Positions 61,609-64,000 of a DNA stretch of 64,000 nt are shown here, in pieces. The position numbers and the translations under genes are program-made. The notes under the pieces were generated by a model. The model saw only the letters and a list, made by a program, of their open reading frames with translations. It searched no databases and was not told the origin of the DNA. Origin of the DNA: Okamejei kenojei (lineage: Eukaryota); contig CM069145.1 of the NCBI GenBank assembly GCA_035221665.1, positions 48,298,001 to 48,362,000 of the forward strand. The letters are read 5' to 3'. Position 1 is the first letter of the stretch. Every line of letters begins with the position of its first letter.

Positions 61609-63589
61609 CTAACGAAATGGGTTGGATTGCCAAAATGTCCCTGCCCCCTTGATCTCCTTGCCAGCGCCCTCGTCCTCTACTCTCGGGGTCCCAAGAGTCC
61701 CAGTAACCTCTCGGAATCCATCGGTTTCTGAAACCCCGTGGCCCTCTTCTTTGCCCCCTTCTCGATAGTACTCCCTCACAGGACACGACCGACTCCAATG
61801 TCCCAATTCCCCACAGTTGTAGCACTGATCGGGTCGGACCGCTCTATAACCTCTCCAGCCAAACTGAGGAAAAGTCAGTCCCCGGAATGGGAGATCTATC
61901 CAGGCTTTGAGGTCTTCCTCCTCCTTATCCTCTTCCGTCCTTATTTCTCTTTTTTGAACATTTAATATAGGTCTCTGAGCTGCCATTGAGCCAGGCTGCC
62001 TTAAAGTCTGAACGTCTGTGGTCCGAAGGACATTTACAACTAATGCCGGACTCAACCCCAAAAGTGGAGTGGGCATCTCCCTGCAATAGAGGGAGTACAG
62101 AGAAGGTTCACCAGACTGATTCCTGGGATGGCAGGACTTCCATATGAAGAAAGACTGGATAGACTCGGCTTGTACTCGCTGGAATTTAGGAGATTGAGGG
62201 GGGATCTTACAGAGACTTACAAAATTCTTAAGGGGTTGGATAGGCTAGATGCAGGAAGATTGTTCCCAATGTTGGGGAAGTCCAGAACAAGGGGTCACAG
62301 TTTAAGGATAAGGGGGAGGTCTTTTAGGACCGAGATGAGAAGATCATTTTTCACACAGAGGGTGGTGAGTCTGTGGAATTCTCTGCCACAGAAGGTAGTT
62401 GAGGCCAGTTCATTGGCTAGATTTAAGAGGGAGTTAGATGTGGCCCTTGTGGCTAAAGGGATCAGGGGGTATGGAGAGAAGGCAGGTACAGGATACTGAG
62501 TTGGATGATCAGCCATGATCATATTGAATGGCGGTGCAGGCTCGAAGAGCCGAATGGCTTACTCCTGCACCTATTTTCTATGATTCTATACAAACAAACT
62601 GTCTACGGGGAATCTGTTCTAAACCCCCTTCATCAGGGAATTGCTCCGACATAGTAATACTGTCAATCAATCCCTCTGTATCCTCCCGCTATCTCACCCT
62701 CAGAAAAGCTGTTTGTTCGGTCTCTATACCTCAGGAAGGATTCCTTCATTTTCCCAGTGCTAGATTTTCGAATCTATTATAGCACCCATGTCGATGGAAC
62801 CTTCCTTCTAGCTCCTTGATTCCCCTACTATCCTCCACTGATGGAGCAAGCAGAGGAGCTGGAGGATCCTTCCCCGATTTCTCCACTTCAGGTTTGAATT
62901 TAGTGGGAAGAGCCGAAGATAACGCTGACTCCTCCCATGTGCCCTGCTCACAAGCTGCACATGGTGTCTTCGGACTGAAAACATGGGAATGCTGTGGCTC
63001 TACTCTGAAAAATTCTGACCATCCTGGCATATAGTGAGCCTCTCTCCCTTTGAGGTCCACAGATACTGCTGCACTCTTACCAAATTTAATTTTTGTCAGC
63101 TCCTCCCCGTTAAGAGCCATCTCAGTAGTTTCCCTTTTCGAATGGTAGTCTCTCCTGCTCCTGCTCCTGCTGTTGGCTTACTAGTTCTTCCTGACCCTGT
63201 TCTGGAATGTCCCGAGAAGGAACAGTTGGTTCCCTGTTCCCCTCTAATTCCCAATTTACATGCTGCATTCTTAGGGTGGCCAGCAAAACGATCTCTTTAT
63301 TTATTTTCCTTCTAGTAAAGAACATTCTCCATATTTCAATTAACTCATTTCCTTCTTCACTATTTCCATATTTTTTGCCAATCATTTCTATGTAGTTTAC
63401 CCCTATTACAGATTTTAGTCTACCCAGGGGCCAAAGTTCGTTTCTCAAAACTACATTTAATTCCCCAGATAATCCTCTTAGTCTGTCCGCTTCATGTGGA
63501 AGCTTCTCGCAAATTATCCTTATCGGGCTCCCTGATCTATTTGATCGGTCCTTCTCTGAGACATTCCCCTTTCTTTGAACAATGGTCAC
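61609..63589 (-). pseudogene. Disrupted retroviral gag (MA-like N-terminus to NC zinc knuckle), interrupted by a CR1 insertion
   Basis: ORF pieces 63122..63589, 62746..63120 and 61609..62076; a single CX2CX4HX4C knuckle; stops and frameshifts between the pieces. Confidence 0.75.
62083..62588 (+). mobile_element. 5'-truncated CR1/HER1-like LINE 3' end inserted into the ERV gag
   Basis: ORF2 C-terminus YEERLDRLGLYSLEFRRLRGDL...FFTQRVVSLWNSLP and 3' tail gccgaatggcttactcctgcacctattttctatg. Confidence 0.9.
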
Positions 63590-64000
63590 AATACAAAATC
63601 CAAAATAAAATTTCCAGACACTAACACCTATTCAAACTCACTCCTTCCTCTCAGACTGCAAGGTCAATGGAGTCTCTCCCACACAATGGATAATCGTCTC
63701 TCAGATTCACACTTACTCGCAATCGTTCCCTTTCGACCTTTACTCAATCACTCACTCAACCGCTCCGATTCAATTATTCAAACGCCTCGCTCGTATTCAA
63801 TCTCTCCCAACTCTCATCAGTTAAATCACAATCACTTCATTCAACTTTCAAACAAAGGAACTCTGGTTTCTCAATCCAAATCCAACTCTCAATCAGTCTC
63901 TTCCACGCAGCAGTCTCTCTCTCGATCGATTTTAACTTCACACAGACAGACAAATCCAAACCACGCTAATAATACTATAATTAGAAATGAAAATATTCCC

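Larger units (their letters stand above)
58746..64000 (-). mobile_element. Endogenous retrovirus / LTR element (class-I gamma/epsilon-like gag, no pol or env visible), continuing beyond the window
   Basis: LTR at 58746-59495, PPT at 59496-59508, gag fragments including the CCHC knuckle DQCYNCGELGHWSRSCP, and a purine-rich minus strand. Confidence 0.8.

Overview
This window is eukaryotic (vertebrate) genomic DNA. The repeat landscape (HER1-like CR1 LINEs, HE1-like V-SINEs, Penelope fragments) points to an elasmobranch, probably a skate or ray. The whole window lies inside one + strand gene, ANK3 (ankyrin-G). I can reconstruct 16 phase-consistent GT-AG exons running from the post-ankyrin-repeat linker through ZU5A, ZU5B and UPA, the neuron-specific giant exon (45672-53472, 7801 nt), and the first two death-domain exons; both gene ends lie outside the window. 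The most notable points are: (1) a net +1 frameshift inside the giant exon, localised to about 50209-50228; (2) a 99-nt duplicated-ZU5 cassette exon, a 27-nt microexon and a candidate unannotated 12-nt or poison exon; (3) alternative internal donors in the giant exon and a possible read-through C-terminus; (4) an antisense, pol/env-less class-I-like endogenous retrovirus with a recognisable LTR, PPT and gag at the right end; (5) Penelope-derived fold-back elements carrying minimal hammerhead-ribozyme cores; (6) three Harbinger-like MITEs. There is one assembly gap (15533-15689). All comparisons with mammalian ANK3 come from my recall of the protein, not from a database search.
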